A stretch of DNA of 64,000 nucleotides from an uncultured Gammaproteobacteria bacterium. GTDB lineage: Bacteria; Patescibacteriota; Microgenomatia; Curtissbacterales; GWA2-41-24. Below the pieces are notes generated by a model, which saw nothing but the letters and a program-made list of their open reading frames with translations, did not search any database and was not told the origin of the DNA. Position numbers and translations under genes: made by a program. The stretch lies in contig CAZLVB010000001.1 in NCBI GenBank assembly GCA_964562855.1, forward strand, positions 3,614 to 67,613, given 5' to 3'. How positions within the stretch are numbered: the stretch's first letter is position 1; the number at the start of each line of letters is the position of its first letter. Of the stretch, positions 63,254 to 64,000 are shown piece after piece.

Positions 63254-63937
63254 CTAATCCCAAAACCTGTACTTAAACAAGTAAAAAATTGCGGCAATTC
63301 CGTCGCGCCAGTTGATCTTTTTTTCAGAAACAGATCTCGGTTTATAGCTAATAGGGACTTCGACTATTTTTATTCCTTTTTTGGCAGTTTTTGCCGTAAC
63401 TTCAGGACAAAACTCGAATCCTTTAGATCTAAGATTAAGGGCGAGCAAAAGGTCTTTTCTAAATACTTTATATCCGGTGGGCTCATCAGTTATTTTTGTC
63501 CCATAGAGAAAATTGGTAATCACGGTAACTACTCGGCCTCCAAAATTGAACGTCCAATGAGAAATTGGGTTATTGCCAAGCACTCGAGATCCGTAGACAA
63601 CATCGATATAATTGTTTTTGAAGGGTGCAAGAAGCATAGGTATATCAGAAGGATTGTATTCTAAATCCGCATCCTGAATCAAAACTAGATCGCCCGTTGC
63701 TTTTTTGAGGGCGCGGACTATAGATGCACCTTTACCTAAATTTTGCTTGTTAATAATAATTATCAACTTTTTGTCTTTGGGTAAATTTTTAAGAACTTGC
63801 AATGTTTGATCTGTAGAGCCATCGTCAACAATGATTATCTCTTTTTTATAAGGTATCCTTACCGCCAGAGCAGACTTGACTACTCTAACAAGCGTGCGTG
63901 CTTCGTTATAGCTTGGAATAATAATTGTCAATTTCAC
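63254..63937 (-). CDS. GT2 polyprenyl-phosphate sugar synthase-like glycosyltransferase
   Basis: 227 aa; GTG start; KLTIIIPSYNEARTL...IIIVDDGSTDQT...QDADLE motifs. Confidence 0.7.
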   Translation of the reverse strand: MKLTIIIPSYNEARTLVRVVKSALAVRIPYKKEIIIVDDGSTDQTLQVLKNLPKDKKLIIIINKQNLGKGASIVRALKKATGDLVLIQDADLEYNPSDIPMLLAPFKNNYIDVVYGSRVLGNNPISHWTFNFGGRVVTVITNFLYGTKITDEPTGYKVFRKDLLLALNLRSKGFEFCPEVTAKTAKKGIKIVEVPISYKPRSVSEKKINWRDGIAAIFYLFKYRFWD

Positions 63938-64000
63938 TTTGTTCTTTTTTGAATGATTATGGCTTGATTGATAACCTTTTCCCAGACAATATTGTAATCT
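63936..64000 (-). CDS. C-terminal fragment of an upstream gene running off the window end (unknown product)
   Basis: Minus-strand frame is open from 64000 to a TGA that overlaps the GTG start of the GT2 gene (GTGA junction) and reads ...DYNIVWEKVINQAIIIQKRTK*. Confidence 0.3.

Noticed and set aside
1-64000. CRISPR arrays, diversity-generating retroelement, integrase, transposase or phage genes
   Set aside because: No spaced direct-repeat arrays and no reverse-transcriptase, integrase or transposase-like ORFs. Every ORF of 60 aa or more is accounted for by envelope or housekeeping functions. Mobile-element signals are limited to the two small repeat-flanked or palindromic segments reported above.

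Overview
This AT-rich (~35% GC), tightly packed window carries about 58 genes, all but one on the minus strand. Many gene boundaries overlap by 1-4 nt (ATGA/GTGA type), and UGA is used as a stop codon, consistent with genetic code 11. Most of the window (about 1-46,850, resuming at 63,254) is an unusually large envelope and extracytoplasmic glycosylation island. It holds roughly 20 large polytopic membrane proteins with GT-C-type features: six or seven GT39/PMT-like paralogs in a tandem array, two ArnT-like proteins, two YfhO-like proteins, and three further paralog families without a name. These are interleaved with nine GT2 polyprenyl-phosphate-sugar-synthase-like enzymes (one fused to a GtrA-like domain), one GT4 enzyme, a SAM-dependent methyltransferase, a Wzx-like flippase and a block of sugar-nucleotide genes. 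That block covers the GDP-D-rhamnose pair gmd-rmd, ugd, the dTDP-rhamnose genes rfbA, rfbB and rfbD without rfbC, galE, and a WecC/WbpA-like dehydrogenase with an epimerase. pyrC and pyrB are embedded in the island. The 3' third of the window is housekeeping: tsaE-tsaC-tsaB, a VanZ-like protein, a Pro/Thr-rich surface protein, an M23 peptidase with ftsX and ftsE, prfB, uppP, an L,D-transpeptidase and one more GT2. No rRNA, tRNA or CRISPR features were found. Small-scale features include an identical palindromic coding block with heptanucleotide tandem repeats shared by diverged GT39 paralogs, two GC-rich hairpin or insertion-like islands at gene junctions, and a recurrent extended -10 promoter motif with very short leaders. 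The gene content, the reduced TsaB and the compact layout are compatible with a CPR/Patescibacteria-like organism, but that placement is inference.
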